From Bugula neritina (Eukaryota > Animalia > Bryozoa), in the NCBI GenBank assembly GCA_964035545.1, contig OZ037767.1, positions 25,064,628-25,128,627 of the forward strand: a stretch of DNA of 64,000 nt, in the 5' to 3' direction. Both the position numbers and the translations under genes were made by a program. Below are positions 14,801 to 32,981 of the stretch, in pieces. Each line of letters begins with the position of its first letter. Position 1 is the stretch's first letter. The notes under the pieces are model-generated. The model worked only from the letters and a program-made list of their open reading frames with translations, was not told the origin of the DNA and searched no databases.

Positions 14801-17800
14801 CTTGCATGCAGTGCCGTGCCATTTATTTCTTGTGTCTGCGTTTTACCTTTCTACCCTGATAGTCCAAGATGGCTGCTAGTTAAGAAAGGAAATGAAGAGC
14901 AGGCTGCGACAGGTTGGTGTTATATGCAGAGATGGAAACGTATTCAGATCAATAAATATTTCTGCCGGCCATATTCTACTCTAATAGTTGATTGGCTACT
15001 GTTTGTTGACCACCTACAATGCACGGACAAAGAAAGAAAATAGTATCTGCAGGATTATTACTACTTTCCCGTAAATTAGACCTGCTTAATTAGTGTTTTA
15101 TACATTAGTCAAAGTAAGGGGGGTAGACAGAGGTATGCCGTACCTCAACCATGTTTTGCAAACGATGATCTCTGGTTTTATATAGCATTGTATGGTTGTT
15201 TCTAGACTAAAAAAGATTTGTGACAGGAGACTTGAAATATAAACTATCTAGTTCCTAATAATGGTAACAAGTTTACCCTAGCGTATTACTTATAAAACAA
15301 CATGTACTCTATGTTTTTCTGGCTTTTAAGCACTCAAAAAATTTCGAGATGAAGACGACGTTGATGAAGATATACAAGAAATGCGGAGGGAAATCAGAGA
15401 GCAAGAGCGAGAACCGGCATGGACTTTGGTTCAACTCTTTCAGAGTCCTCACCATCGCATCTCCTTGATGCTTGTCTCAGTGTTGTCCTTGGCGCAGCAG
15501 TTCTCTGGAATAAACATGGTGTGTTTTTGTAGCTACAAACTTATGATTGCAAAATTCTGACTGTATATATATAACTTATAATATACTTGCAGTCAGTAAA
15601 AACTTTTTTTGAGTTTAGCTGACTGCCAACATATTCTTATTCAAGTGAAACAAATTTGAACTCCTTATCATGTCTAACTCACCTCAACTTATTACAATAT
15701 CTTATTGCAAACTAATTCTACTTTGAGAAAACTCTGCTTCTATCTTGCTTGGGAAACCAACATAGAATTTTGCGCAAGGTTTTAGAATAAGAAAGTACTG
15801 GACTCCCTGTTGATTAAGATTTTTCTGCTGGCAGTAAAGACAGACAGAAATTGTCTTTTATTGTAAACTAAAGCTGATATTGGAGTGTCTTTATTCTTAC
15901 AGGTGTTTTATTACTCTAACGGAGTGTTCGAAGATGCAGGGATTAAAGTGAATGACATTCAGTATGCAACTCTTGGAATGGGAGGAATAAATGTCTTAAT
16001 GACAATACTTTCTGTAAGTCAGCTAACAGTGATACCAACCCTTTTAATATCGTTTCATATACTATTCTGGTACTGTGTATAGTCAATACAACCATAACAA
16101 CAAGTTGATTGCAAATAAGTTTTTTAGCAGATATCTTAATATTAACAAAAAATAAATAGCTAATTTTACTATGCTTCCTAAAAAATTCATTATATTACAA
16201 CAGATATAAAAATGATATTATTAAAAAGAATTCTCTCTTACTAGGTGGTATTGGTAGAGAAAGCTGGTAGACGTATCTTACTGCTTGGTGGCATGCTACT
16301 CATGGTAATAGCACTAGTTATCATGACTGTGGCCTTAGTCCTGCAGCCGTCAGTATCCTGGTTGTCTTATATAAGTATAGTGACTATGGTAGCTTTTGTC
16401 ATTGGATTTGCAGTCGGACTAGGTGAGTGTGTCGGTAATTCCTTACACTGCAATTCTCTAAACATTTTCGAAAAACACAGCCTGGCTATTATGTGACCAA
16501 ATCGTTGTGTTACCTGCACTTACATATTCACTATATTATTACTTATACTCATGCACTACATTACTTATACTTATTCACTATATTACATGTACTCATTCAC
16601 TATTTGTACTTATATATTCCCTATATTACTTATACTTATTCACTGTAATACATGTATACTCATTCACTAATATACTTCTACTTATTCACTATATTACATG
16701 TATTCATTCACTATATCACTTGTACTTATATATATTCACTATATTACTTATACTTATTCACTATATTACATGTACTCATTCACTATATCACTTCTACTTA
16801 TTCACTATATTACTTCTACTCATTCACTATATTACTTCTACTTATTCACTATATTACCTGTACCTACTCATTCACTATATTACTTATAGGATCAATACCA
16901 CAGTTTATTGGTGCAGAGCTCTTCAAGCAAGGCCCCAGGCCAGCAGCAATGTCCTTCGCAGGTCTGCTCAACTGGCTGGCTAACTTCATAGTTGGAATTA
17001 GCTTCCCTTTCATCAAGGTTTGAGATTGAAAATAATTTCCATAAATGTCTAAATTGGGTAACGTTAGTAATCACTATCAATCATTAAGTTGGTAAAATTG
17101 TTTTGATATTGGATTTATCAGAACACGCTTGTGTCTAATACAGTATAACCAATTATCAAAAGCTCTTATAATACCTAGAAAGCATTTGAATATTTTGGTT
17201 GCTGATTTTATTAGCTGGAATCCCACACGTGTGGATACTTCTAATTTTAAACAAATTGAAATCACAATTGTTATATCACTGAAACAATCAGAATTAAATT
17301 AAACATTTATTACATTTCAGGATGTAACTGGACCATACTGTATGCTCTTCTTCATAGCATTCCTAATCATCTTTGGATTCGTAATCTGGAAGTTTTTGCC
17401 GGAAACTAAAAATAAGAGTTTTGCCGAGATTGCCCATGAGCTAGGAATACCAAATACAGATGAAAATGAAAACACCCAAGCACAACCATTGGTAAGCTTA
17501 ACCTATAACTGTGAACTTTCAATTACTAATAACCTAAAACTAAAATGCATTTTGTTTATTTGAATTTTTAAGGCTTTTCATAAATCATCTTTAAACGGCT
17601 TTTAAATATGAAGCAATTCTTAAGAATTATGCATTCTCTTGATCTTTTTAAAAGTTTTTGTCTTTAATTTATTACTCTAGATTAGTTAAAGCATTGAGGT
17701 CACTCTAGAAAAGTGCATTTTCTTATAAATTATATATCTAGTTTGAGATTGAAATTTAAACCCACATGTGCGTACTATAAATTTAATTTGGTAGGAGGCA

Positions 17801-17910
17801 GAAAAAAAATAGTAGCCTAAAACCTAAAATACAAATTTAAAAAAGCGATCGCAAAATTATATGTTTATATATTACTTCTGCTACATATATAGCCTATATA
17901 TATGTGTGTG

Positions 17911-17953
<43 letters not shown>

Positions 17954-18088
17954 ATGATCACAAGATTGTGATTTAATTGTTTTCTTTACACAATAAATCA
18001 ATTTTATTTCGTGTTGCAGAAAGAGATAGGAAATGGTCACATTTCCAACGAAGCTAACCCGGAGTCTGTGAGATTTCTGGAAAACTGA
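5866..18088 (+). CDS. SLC2A: Facilitated sugar transporter, SLC2A/GLUT family (MFS sugar porter), 11 coding exons, 526 aa
   Basis: Exons with GT-AG borders and consistent phases: 5866-5934, 11985-12086, 12825-12985, 13866-13990, 14634-14912, 15331-15518, 15903-16013, 16245-16422, 16890-17017, 17321-17491, 18020-18088 (1581 nt). Sugar-porter motifs: [11 protein letters not shown] (TM1), loop-1 sequon [73 protein letters not shown]. Exon 1 (MDEKQRK...SKQ|gtaaaa) is inferred from ATG, donor and phase match. Symbol is family level only. Confidence 0.95.
7502..7780. repeat. Direct duplication of about 95 bp (181-bp period)
   Basis: TTATGACGGAGAAACACAATGATTGGCTTTGCAGTGGCAAC...ATGGAAATAGCTGATT at 7502 and 7683. 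Confidence 0.85.
9567..11101 (-). CDS. CD225/dispanin-domain membrane protein (PRRT/TRARG1/SynDIG-like architecture), nested antisense in GLUT intron 1
   Basis: Exons 10590-10427 and 10037-9567 splice in phase 0 (GAG|gtaaaa ... ttttgatctctag|CCA). Probable ATG-G micro-exon 11101-11098 (|gtaagt) joins in frame ([10 protein letters not shown]...), otherwise start at 10579. Pro/Ser-rich N-terminus followed by [26 protein letters not shown]....YTDHKFLDY....[19 protein letters not shown], the two-hydrophobic-segment CD225 pattern. Confidence 0.75.
10705..10866. mobile_element. Small MITE-like hairpin element (about 45-bp imperfect TIRs)
   Basis: TAGGTGCAGTAATGGAGAAATTGAAAAAGCCT... at 10705 versus the reverse complement of ...AGGCTATCTCAATTTCTCCACTACTGCTCCTA ending at 10866; TA at both ends. 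Confidence 0.55.
14512..14549. repeat. Perfect 38-bp palindrome
   Basis: TTCAATTTTAGGCTATATATATATAGCCTAAAATTGAA equals its own reverse complement. Confidence 0.9.
16515..16887. repeat. Intronic minisatellite, about 22-bp unit (TTATTCACTATATTACTTATAC)
   Basis: Roughly 16 degenerate copies filling GLUT intron 8 up to the AG at 16888-16889. Confidence 0.9.
17903..17951. repeat. (GT)n microsatellite
   Basis: Directly visible. Confidence 0.95.
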
Positions 18089-20948
18089 TAATCAGCCCGT
18101 TTAGAAGAGTTAGGAAAGTCTGTAATTGTCAGTACTACTTCCTCTACATTACTATAATGTATTTACTTTGACGTATTAACTATAATGTACCTAATTACTA
18201 TAGTTTATTTACTATATTGTACTTACTATCTTGTATTTACTATAGTTTATTTACTGTGCTGTAACTCGCTTGTTCAGGTTACTTACTGAAGGCCTGCAGT
18301 TTATACAAGAAATTAACTTTTAGTGTACTGATGAATACTAATAAAGGAATTTATTTTATTGTTATTTAGCTAGCTGATAAAGGGGTGATAAGTTACTTTT
18401 AAGGGTTTTGTCTATTCTGTAAATTATATTTCAACACTCAATGACGACATGTTATTATATGAATTTTGAAAATAAAATAATTCTTTATGTAGCTGGTGTT
18501 GATTGCATGTGTCTTCCTTATACAGCATTTGTATTATTATATGTATGGTTAGATTTTATATACTCTTAATATTTATAAATACTATATTTGTAACTCACTG
18601 GTATACATACGAATATATTTTATTTTGCATCGCATGATCTTTTTGAAACTTAGTTAAGAGATATAATTATATTATATTATATATATTATTTTGCTGTTTA
18701 TGATGATTGGTCTTGAAGACTAATACACTCTGACTATACAAGCCATAAAAACTACCATGCTAATAACGTTAGGTATAAGATATCTTGATCATAAACATAT
18801 TGAATGCTGCCATTTTTATTAGAATATACTCTATAGCCTTGAGTACTATCAGAATTATGTAGTTATATTGACTTTTTATACATAATTATGTAATTTCTTG
18901 TTTGACAGCTTACAAAGATTGAATTCATGTGTAAGTGTGACTTTTTAAAATACAGTGAATGTGTTAATAAAAAAGATTAACAAACTGTTGACTTTTATTG
19001 AGTCATCAAACATAGCATTGAGTTTTAGTCTAATACATGCAGAGGAAATTATTCAAATCTTTAAATTTGGGTATACGTGTGTTAACTGAGCAGCAACATT
19101 AATTAAACTCCATTACCATATAATATATACTTGTCTTGTGAGCGAATATAACAGATAGCTTTTTAATAATAAATATAGCTGAGAAACTTTGAGACTGAGG
19201 TATCGGAGAGACGCTGGAAGGACATCAGGGTTTACATTAAAAATAGAAAAAAAAACATATTCCATTAGTTATGAAAATAAATCCCTAACTAGCACTAACA
19301 ATTTTAGTAAAAATTATTGTTTGATAGTCTTCCGTCATTGTAACTATAATGTCAATGACGTTATTTTGAAATTGATGTAAATAAAACCATACTATGACTT
19401 TGAAAATTTTATTTTAAGCACTCATGATATTGATTTTGAGTATAATAAAGGTTCTATGTTAAGACAAAGATGAATGTCTTCAAAGCCTCTTTTCAACAGA
19501 ACAAAATATTCCTTACTATTTAATTGACTTAGGCCTCAATTTGGATCAATACTATATGAAACTATTATCATTGTATTTAAGTAATCAACAATCAAAAGAA
19601 TACCAAACTAATCACTTTAAAAATTACAAAAAGCAGAGAAAAAATGTTTATGCAGCAAGAGGAATTGACAAGGGCTTGTCTTTGCTATAAATTGTTCAAA
19701 CGTAAAAGGTTTTCTATCAGTTTCAAAGATGTTAATTTTATTAAGTTTCTATCAGTTTAGCCAAATAAGAAGAACCTATAATAGCTGAAAAATGGGTATA
19801 CACAGTATGAATATTCAAATAGGACATAGTGGTGCACTGTAGTGCATGGATCTAAACACAAGATTGAAAACCTATTTGAACTGATAAAAATTAATAATAA
19901 AAGAATGGAACATGAAAATAAAAATGTTACTTAAATGTTACTTAAAATGCATGTCATATGTTTATATGATGAAAATACAATTTAACATAATAATATTATA
20001 AATATTGCAATGTTATAGAAACACACAAAATCAGTAGTTAATAGGATTTTAAAATTAGCCTATAAAGCAATCATTCTAAAGAACACCTCTCCGTTTCTAT
20101 ATGATTAGCTGTTTATTTACTTACATTACACGCTTTTTGTCAAACTAATTTGAAATGCCAGTTCAATAAAAGTAAGTATGGTATAACAATATTATCACTT
20201 TTACTGAAAATTACAGTACATTGTTGTAATTTCTTCTGTATCAATTGTTTCTGAATATTATACTTTCATTTTATTATATTAGGAATATAGGAGATAAATA
20301 AATGCAATGAAATATTCTCGCAGCTGTACTATTTCACTACAACGGGTACATCTTTAAACCTGTTATTTTTCATTCTTGTATATATCTGCATGTTGCCCAA
20401 ACTGATGGTGGTCAACAACATCCAACGGTACAGTTTATTGTATGCCTGCAATATACATGTGGTCTATAGTATTATCAGACTAGTTAACTATTGTTATTGG
20501 CTAATGACTGCCAATTACAATTGTTGGGATTTTCTATAACTTTGGTTTGACTATTTGACTAAAATAAAGGAAAACTTCAAGAAAAGCCACTGATTACCTA
20601 AAAGTTAGATTTAAAATTAACAATAAGCTCAATAACACCTGCATCCTGGCATGCATAAAGTTACGCTGTTTTTGTACACAGCTAATGGGTAAAACCAGCG
20701 CCTCTCCATGGTCTGTTTTGTGATCATAGTTTTACATTTGATATTCAACGCAGGCCTTTTGCATAATACTTTTTTGAGCAAGTAAAGTCAAATATAAAAT
20801 GGTAAAGAAAAATATAATCAGTGCTTGGCAATCCTTGCCAATAGCATGCCGTTTTCAGAATTCTAGAAGTAGTAGGCATTTATTAGAATGTAATATATAT
20901 GTAGAACAAGTCTTACTTGGATTTTCGCTGCTGTTTTGTGTTTTCTAC

Positions 20949-23452
<2,504 letters not shown>

Positions 23453-24110
23453 CTTAGTTCCTGCAGAAAATAAATAATAAACACATGCTTATTTACACAG
23501 TACCGCTTAAAGTGTAGAGGGTTTTGCTGCATGCCAGTGGTAGCGTTGTCTCTACCTTGTGCATGGTGTTATCTCATTAACTTCTAAATTACTGACTTAA
23601 CAAGGATGACCCATTTACTGGAGACAACAAGAGGAGATAATTCTCATGTTACCACAACATGAGCTAACTGCTTGCTATAACCAATGTATTTATAGAATGT
23701 AAGACAAACTGGTTATAACTGTGATGAGCAGCTACAAACCAGACAGCAGAAGAAGAATTAATCACTTACAATCAACTACTACATTATTTTGAGATAATAA
23801 AAGTGAATTATTGTCAACTTAGAACTAATTATAAAAGTGATGAAGAGTTACAATTAAACAACCTCAGACTTAAACTAAACTGCTTGTAACTTTTAATTTG
23901 CTTGGTGTTACAGCATTTATAAGAGAGGCTTTGTTATATTTGGAATAAAACATAAAACAAACTAAAAGACTATAATTTAAAGCTACATCAAGCTGTAAAC
24001 TACACACACAATAACTGAATATTTTAGGCTATGCACCATATTTGTTGCTATGCTCTTAAGCTAAGTGAGCCCAATTGCAAGCACCCTAAACTATCCGGTC
24101 AATTGTACAT

Positions 24111-24646
<536 letters not shown>

Positions 24647-27600
24647 CCGCAATATACATGTAATGTTCCCGCGAAGTTACCCTCAGTCTTCATCTCGACC
24701 AACTTTTGTATCGGTGTACCAGCTTTAATTGACAAAATTTGCTGAACAAAAAAAAGATTATTAATCTCTAAGCATCTACAGCCGGAACTACCTGCATGAT
24801 TAGCACAATATGAAATGGATACTATTAATATAGTATACCAAGTATATACATATAATTATTACAATTCAAAAAATCTATTACATAATAAAAGTTAGAAAAG
24901 CATATAATTTCAAAGTGTAACTGTATAACATACAGTTTTAATATATTATTTCACTTTAAACCCTTAAACCCTTCTTTATGTTTATTCCACACGGAACTTG
25001 TGCTGAAATTAGCATACTGCAAGATGATGCCAACAAAACTCTGGTCATGCTGACTTTATAGATTAGTAACCAATTAAGCCAGACTAGGATGATTATATGC
25101 TGTAACACAATATTATGGTCTAGAATCAGATCTTACTATAACATTTAGTAAAACCTGATAATATCAATAGATTTACCAGAACTATATAAATTATATTAAT
25201 ATACAATTATTGTCTCATATACACTAGATTTCCATAACTTGCATTATGCGAATGAATTTTTCATTCACATAAGCCCAAATGGAACCAGTTACATCAAAGG
25301 AAACCACAACCATAAGTTAATGCAAACGCCAAAAACAACTTAATCCATATGGGCATCCATTCCAATAATGCCAGTCATGGAAACACAGTGATGGTGCAGG
25401 CCTTGGACAAAACTTTAGTATAAAAAGGAATACAAACAATACTAAATTTGCGTATGTTTGATTTTACAAGTTTCATGCAGCTTAAATCGTCTCTCACTTG
25501 TCATTTTAAGCTTTGAAATAATTCAATGTTTAGCAACAAGAAAACAACCTATAATAAGTTAATATAAATAAAAGTGAAATGTATTAAACAGATGCTATAC
25601 AATTATTATATTGCTAATAATACAACAAAACTGTATTTCAATTTCTAAAAAACTCATTCTATTAGAGGTAACCACTATATAGGTATAGTTGATGAGGCAG
25701 GATGTTGCTAAAAGTTATTCAAAAGAAAAAGAATGTTATATATTTGAATGTTATAATACAGCCTATAGAAATCTGATATATAGACTGGAATAGTGCCGGA
25801 GTTTAATGGTATAGCATATTTCATTGTAATAAGTACAACAATTATAATTCTAATATTATATGAAAGCAGACACCCTTACACGTCACAGAGTTTCATAAAT
25901 TGTATTATTAATACTTTCTAAATTTTCTAATCTTATGAGAAAGAGTTATATATTTTTAATTTTCATTGTGAGATATTACAGCTAAATGTCTTACCCAGCT
26001 AATTAAAAAGATCTATATTTTTTTAAAATAATACATTTGAATGTTCTGAAATGAAATCTACAGCACTGCTTACCAAATTGCTGCTGAAAAACTTGAGCAT
26101 GAACTAAAAGATCAAGGAAAGTATCCATGTTTTGCTTTATTTCGTAAAATACAGACTAAAAGAACGACTATATACTACTTAATACAACGCTGCCAAGATC
26201 GGAGTAGTATCTCCCGTAACAACTGGTTGGGTGATTGAATGTACCTATATAAGATATCAATGCACTTTGTTAATGATTAAATAATATTGATTGATATTCA
26301 TTGGAACAAAACTCGTCATCTGAAATCAATTCATTCCTTTCAGTGACCATTCAAAATACTAACTTCTTATATTGTTACTTATTACCACCTTGGTGCTAAA
26401 CTCATATCATTTTACAACTATTTTTATATTAATAGTACAATTGTAGCACTGGGTAAACGTTATAGCTTTAATAAATGAGTTCATAGAATTATATAAAAAT
26501 CAAAACTATACTTAAAAAAATGTTGTAAGTGATCAGTGGTGAAAACGATGCATCAAAAATATTTAAATTTTCTCAAAAATGTTTACTCAACAACATGCAT
26601 TGTTTTATTATTTTTTCAATCCACCCTTTGCAATATTTGGCACAGTTCCTTAAATAAAAAGGGCATACTTTTGCTATTGTTTTATTTACATGCATAGAAC
26701 TTAAGATCATTACTATGTCTGTTTATTTATTGATATTATTCATTAAAACCAGAAGTACAAAAGCCACAAACATATGTTAATAATAGACTCTGTCTGATGT
26801 AACAACATCAAGCAAGTGAGATATTGACTTTCCTTGATCCTCATGTCTTGTTTGTTTATAGCTGGATGTATAGAAAGTCATAGATTGTTCTTTATAACAG
26901 GAACCTTCCTTAATAGACAATTATATACAACATTTTTGGAACATTGCTGCTACTTTTAAAAAAAATTAATTGGTTTGCATTGGCTCTAGTGTATAATAGA
27001 CAAGAAATATTTTTAACTTTCAACTTAGTACTGGGCTAAAATAAATACATACAATGTAAAAAAGATGAAAACAGAAAATTATCAATTATATTTAAGCATA
27101 TACAGTAGGTGAATATCTATTACAGTTATATACAATGTTGTATTGTATGTTTGTTCATGTATATTATGTTGTTATATTGCATAATGTAACTCTATGCTCC
27201 TTCTATCAAAAAAACTATAATTATCAAGTAAAAATAAATGTCACTTGAAATAATGAAACATTTTATTTCAATTGCAAGAATTAATACAATAATTTAGCAT
27301 TACAAAAATTTTAGGTATGATTATTTTATATGAAAATCAAACTACAAATTTTTTTTATTTTCCTTTAAAACCTCCAACCTTTAAAATACAGCTACTTCTT
27401 TTCAAATGCTATGCATTTATTACCAGATTACTAGCTGTATGTATGCTTACAGTGTAACATTTTCTGAACGTTGATGCATGCAGCATCATTTTAAGCATTG
27501 CAAATGATCTCCGTTCTATAGTTTAAAGTTATAAAGTATAAATAATTGTATAAGGCATAAAAACCTTTTTGGAAAATGTTTATATGCACATGTTTCTTAA

Positions 27601-28219
27601 TTATTATACTGTAATGTGAAATAGTAATATATTTTAGACTAATTATTGGCATCATTTTAAAGTAAAAGTTAAGCTTATAGCAGCTACTGTCAGCTTTAAC
27701 ATACATTGTTTAATCCCATGGCTAGATACTGTGGCAATCTAAAGAACTTTTTGATGATTTCAATTTTATTCACAACAAATCTTTGGAATTTGAAAAATAG
27801 GACAAAAAATTAATACAAGCTAGAGCTAAATGTCATCAACAGATTATTGCTTGTTGTTTTAAGATGCCATCAAGTGTTGTAAGTGGAGAGAGTTGGCCTC
27901 AGATTTTCAGCTCCACTGATTTGGTCTGCATGAGTCGGCTTTTTTCACAGACGTCATTGAGAGGCCGACATAGCTGAGAGTTGAACAAGCGATAATTCCT
28001 TACAATGACTTATTGGAGTCTGTTTCCCCGCAACTCATTCAGTAACAATTGGATCAATACTTTCCTTTTGTTTGCTGGTAATTCATCCCTCCAAAATTTA
28101 CCGTGGGAATCTTGAGAAAACCAATTTTTTGACATGGCAATGTTTTGACTGACCTGTTGTTTGCATAATGTAATATTTATCAATAAATGTATGAAGTTGA
28201 AAAACAGCACAAAGTGAAC

Positions 28220-29385
<1,166 letters not shown>

Positions 29386-30568
29386 TTAGGTACTTGATGA
29401 TCAAAAGCATGCCCAATCAATCGTTTTCAAATTTGCAAATGACAAAGAAGATATATTTATTTTGCAAGAAGTTAACAAGGGCTTGCTGCTGTTTAGTTTA
29501 TACTCAAATTATATAGGCTTGTTAGAAAGTCAAAGGTTTTTTGAAAATTTCAAATATGCGAATTTTATTGAGTCATTTTTATTTAAGAAAATAACAAAAA
29601 TCTGCTGAGAAATGAGTATGTACAGTATACCCATTCAAAATAATGCATAGTGGTACTAAAACAAGTTAGAAAACTTACCAAGTTTATGAAAAGTAATCAT
29701 GAAAAAATAGAACACATAGGTATAGTATAAAGTGCTATATGTACAAATTATGGCAAAGATTTAAGAATATGTATGATAAAAACACTGAAATGTTATAGAA
29801 ACAAACATAGAACTACATAGTTTACAAGTAGCCTGTAAAATTCTCAGTAGAATGCAGACCATTTGAGGAAATGGCGGAGAAAAATTGTAATAATTGTAAT
29901 AAGATTACACCAAAATATTACAGACTTTTTCCAAATAAAACAACATAACAACTTTTTTGCTAGAATTTATAGTGGAATGTTGTAAGCTTCTGTGTTTTGC
30001 TAAAAAGTTATAGGTACTCCTACTTGATTATATTGGAACTTGGAATGAAATGAATTCAATGTTCTACAGCTGTTATAGTTACATCACCGTAACTGCTGCG
30101 TTTCGAATCTGTAGTGCTTGTTTCATCATCATCATGTGTGATCAGTGGTTGACTCTTTGCCATCTTCTTCAGTAACAGGCAATGGTTAAGCTACTCTTGG
30201 CCTGTAATAAGACGCGATTTATAGTATTATTAGACTTAGTAACCAATGACAAGGCCTGCCTTACAAGTGCTAGGATTCCTTATAAGTTACAAAGATGCCT
30301 TGGCTATACTGCACTGTGGAGTTCTGCCATTAGCTAAGATTAGATTTTCTAGTAAATTGAACTTGCATATTTATTAGCTCATTAGATTAAGCTAAAATTT
30401 AACAACACATGAACCCTAAATATTGTAGTACATTGTTGTATGTTGTTATGAGTAAATTATGTTTTAATTTGATTATAATATCATAAATGTAGGAGTTAAA
30501 TAAGTTCAATGTTATACAGCTTTACATATATAATCATGTCTTTTTTAGTGTGTATTGCTCGCCTCACC

Positions 30569-32821
30569 TTACATGAAGCTTTCCATTTCTTCGCCACTCT
30601 CACCATTATTCCTCCGCGATGCAGCTAAAGTTTAACAGCATATATAAATCTCAGTATACGTGACATTACAATACTTTTGCATAAAAGATAGAATCAGAGC
30701 GTTTTGAGTTGTATTCCTATAATCATCAAATTTTACATCTGATATTCAATGCAAGCATTAGACATATAACACTTTTGTGAAAAGGAAAGCCAAATATATA
30801 AAATGGTTAACAAATTAAAACCTGTGTTTGGTAATCCTTGCTAATAATATGCCCTTTTCAGGATTCTAGAAGTATTAGCCATTTATTATATAATATACAA
30901 ACAGAACAAGTCTTACTTGGGTTATCTGTGCGGTTTTGCGCTTTCTGGTTTCTTTTCCATTTCACAATTAGAACCACTATAAGGACTATTATGATAACCG
31001 CTGCTATAACTAATCCGATAACTAAAAAAGTAGTAAAAGCAAAGCTCTTCAGTATAACAGCTAGCAAACTGGTTTTAGAATATAAACAGCTTCAAGCTTA
31101 TTGTTAGCAGTCAAATGTTTTACAAGTGCAGTTGATCTTTCCAGTCTTTGTATATATATTATGTAGGTAGATTTAAACATGCATCCTGGCAGGGAATAGT
31201 ATTCAATATGGTGTAACATAATATATAATATACTTGAAGATGATTATTGACTATCAATAATCATTCAATTATCAAATTGAGCTTTTCCTAATTTAGGTGC
31301 GGAAGTAGTGCAGTGAATACTTACTAAGACCGATCTCTGTTACCGAGAGTTTTGACTTGTTTGATAAAGTACAGCCGAGAGCTAATACTGAAGTTGGAGT
31401 AGTAGATGTAGTAGTAGTTGTGCTATTCGACATTATGCAGTTGTCATCAAGAAACCCTGTATATATAATATATACATGCGCAAATGTTGGTGAAGAATGA
31501 ATATTATGTGAAGTAGCATCACGTTAACAGTTAAATACTGCAGTACAATTGGGGCATTACAAACTTGAAACCACATGGAATATATAGGCTAGATTCCAGT
31601 AAACTACACAACCTTTAGTACTCTATACTACTACTATATGTATACTGTATTACTCAACCATAGCATAGGCCATCACATTTCTGTTTTGTCTCAAACGACA
31701 CCAGAGATCCATTACAGAGTTGGCCACAGCTCTTGTATTGAACTGGAGCATCTATGAAATAACACCCTGTGATATTTCCTTGTTCATCACAAACGCTATC
31801 AGTGTATGCTGCCACTTCACCAGAACACAAGTACACTCTACAATATAGAAGAATGTGGAACATTAGTTTAGCATATACTGTAATTTGAGCTGTAATGCGT
31901 TATAGAGTATAATGTATCATGAATAAGTATATAGAAATGAATACTTCAGGCTATTTAGTTATAAGTAGAAAAATAAAAAGATAGTACAAACTCCTTCTGT
32001 AGCGCACGGGGTTCTTTTTTCACAAAATTTCATGAGTCACAAGAAGGGCTTAGACCCCATTTTGTGATAATGTACGCGTGTATATAGATAAAATGGCCAA
32101 AATAAACTAATAAAAAAGCACACTGTTAACCACAAAAGGACAATGGCTACTACTAGTATTTGACATACAAAACTACAGTATGCATTGGTTAACATTTAAC
32201 ACAAACCACCATGCAGCTACCCAATGACAGGTAAGCTGCCTGATCCTCAACTGGTCAACCAATTATGACTGTTTAAAAAGCTAGTAAACAACAGATTTTA
32301 ATTCTAATTATGCAATTTATTAGCAATGATTATTTAGTGTTTGTTGATAATGTAAATGGATAGCCTCGTTGGATAAACAGCTTGTGGAATTTGCTCACCT
32401 ATGATATTATGGACGCAGTGGTATGTGATATATTGCAGTAATAAAAGGGAATTTTTATATATCATTATAAAACAGCGATACAACGTACTGTTTTATTTAC
32501 CTTACATGTAGCAGCAGCAAATCAAAACAATACAGTAATTATGAAAATGAAGCTAAGACTAATAAAAATATTATAGTTCTAAATGAACATTAAAAAGTTT
32601 AAAATATTATATTATTATGTTTTACTTTTTAGCTGAGTTTGCAACATTTTCATACAAGGGTATATAGTTTAGCTAAGAATTTGTATGGTCATCTAAATGT
32701 TTCAATTTTAAACTTCTAATTTAAAAAATGCTCAATAAATTTAAAAGGGAATGCATATAAAACAATAACTGACATTATAATAGCTGCTGAAGAAACCAGC
32801 TATATATAATCACAAAAAAAT

Positions 32822-32895
<74 letters not shown>

Positions 32896-32981
32896 TAAAT
32901 AACTTACGGAGAAGATGACTCCACTACAAGAGTGACCGTGGTCACTAGAAATGGAATAAGTATTGCAGCTACAAGAAGCAT
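30569..32981 (-). CDS. Type-I membrane protein, paralog 2 (truncated cytoplasmic tail)
   Basis: Exons 32981-32908, 31837-31659, 31456-31325, 31021-30917 (TM IIGLVIAAVIIIVLIVVLIV-KWKR), 30624-30569 ending EMESFM-TAA. This TAA aligns with CAA in paralog 3, and the homolog of the last exon (about 30065-30201) has a stop and frameshifts. Confidence 0.75.
32826..32892. repeat. (GA)n microsatellite
   Basis: Directly visible; about 15 nt from the exon-1 donor of paralog 2. Confidence 0.95.

Noticed and set aside
16507-17023. Three overlapping ORFs rich in Y/L/I/H
   Set aside because: They translate the intronic minisatellite; only 16890-17017 is a real GLUT exon.
30669-30737. Possible extra cytoplasmic exon (VKFDDYRNTTQNALILSFMQKY) in paralog 2, with homologous sequence at about 20665-20712 and 39666-39740
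   Set aside because: Acceptor and phase are not conserved among the three copies, so it was left out of the models; needs RNA evidence.
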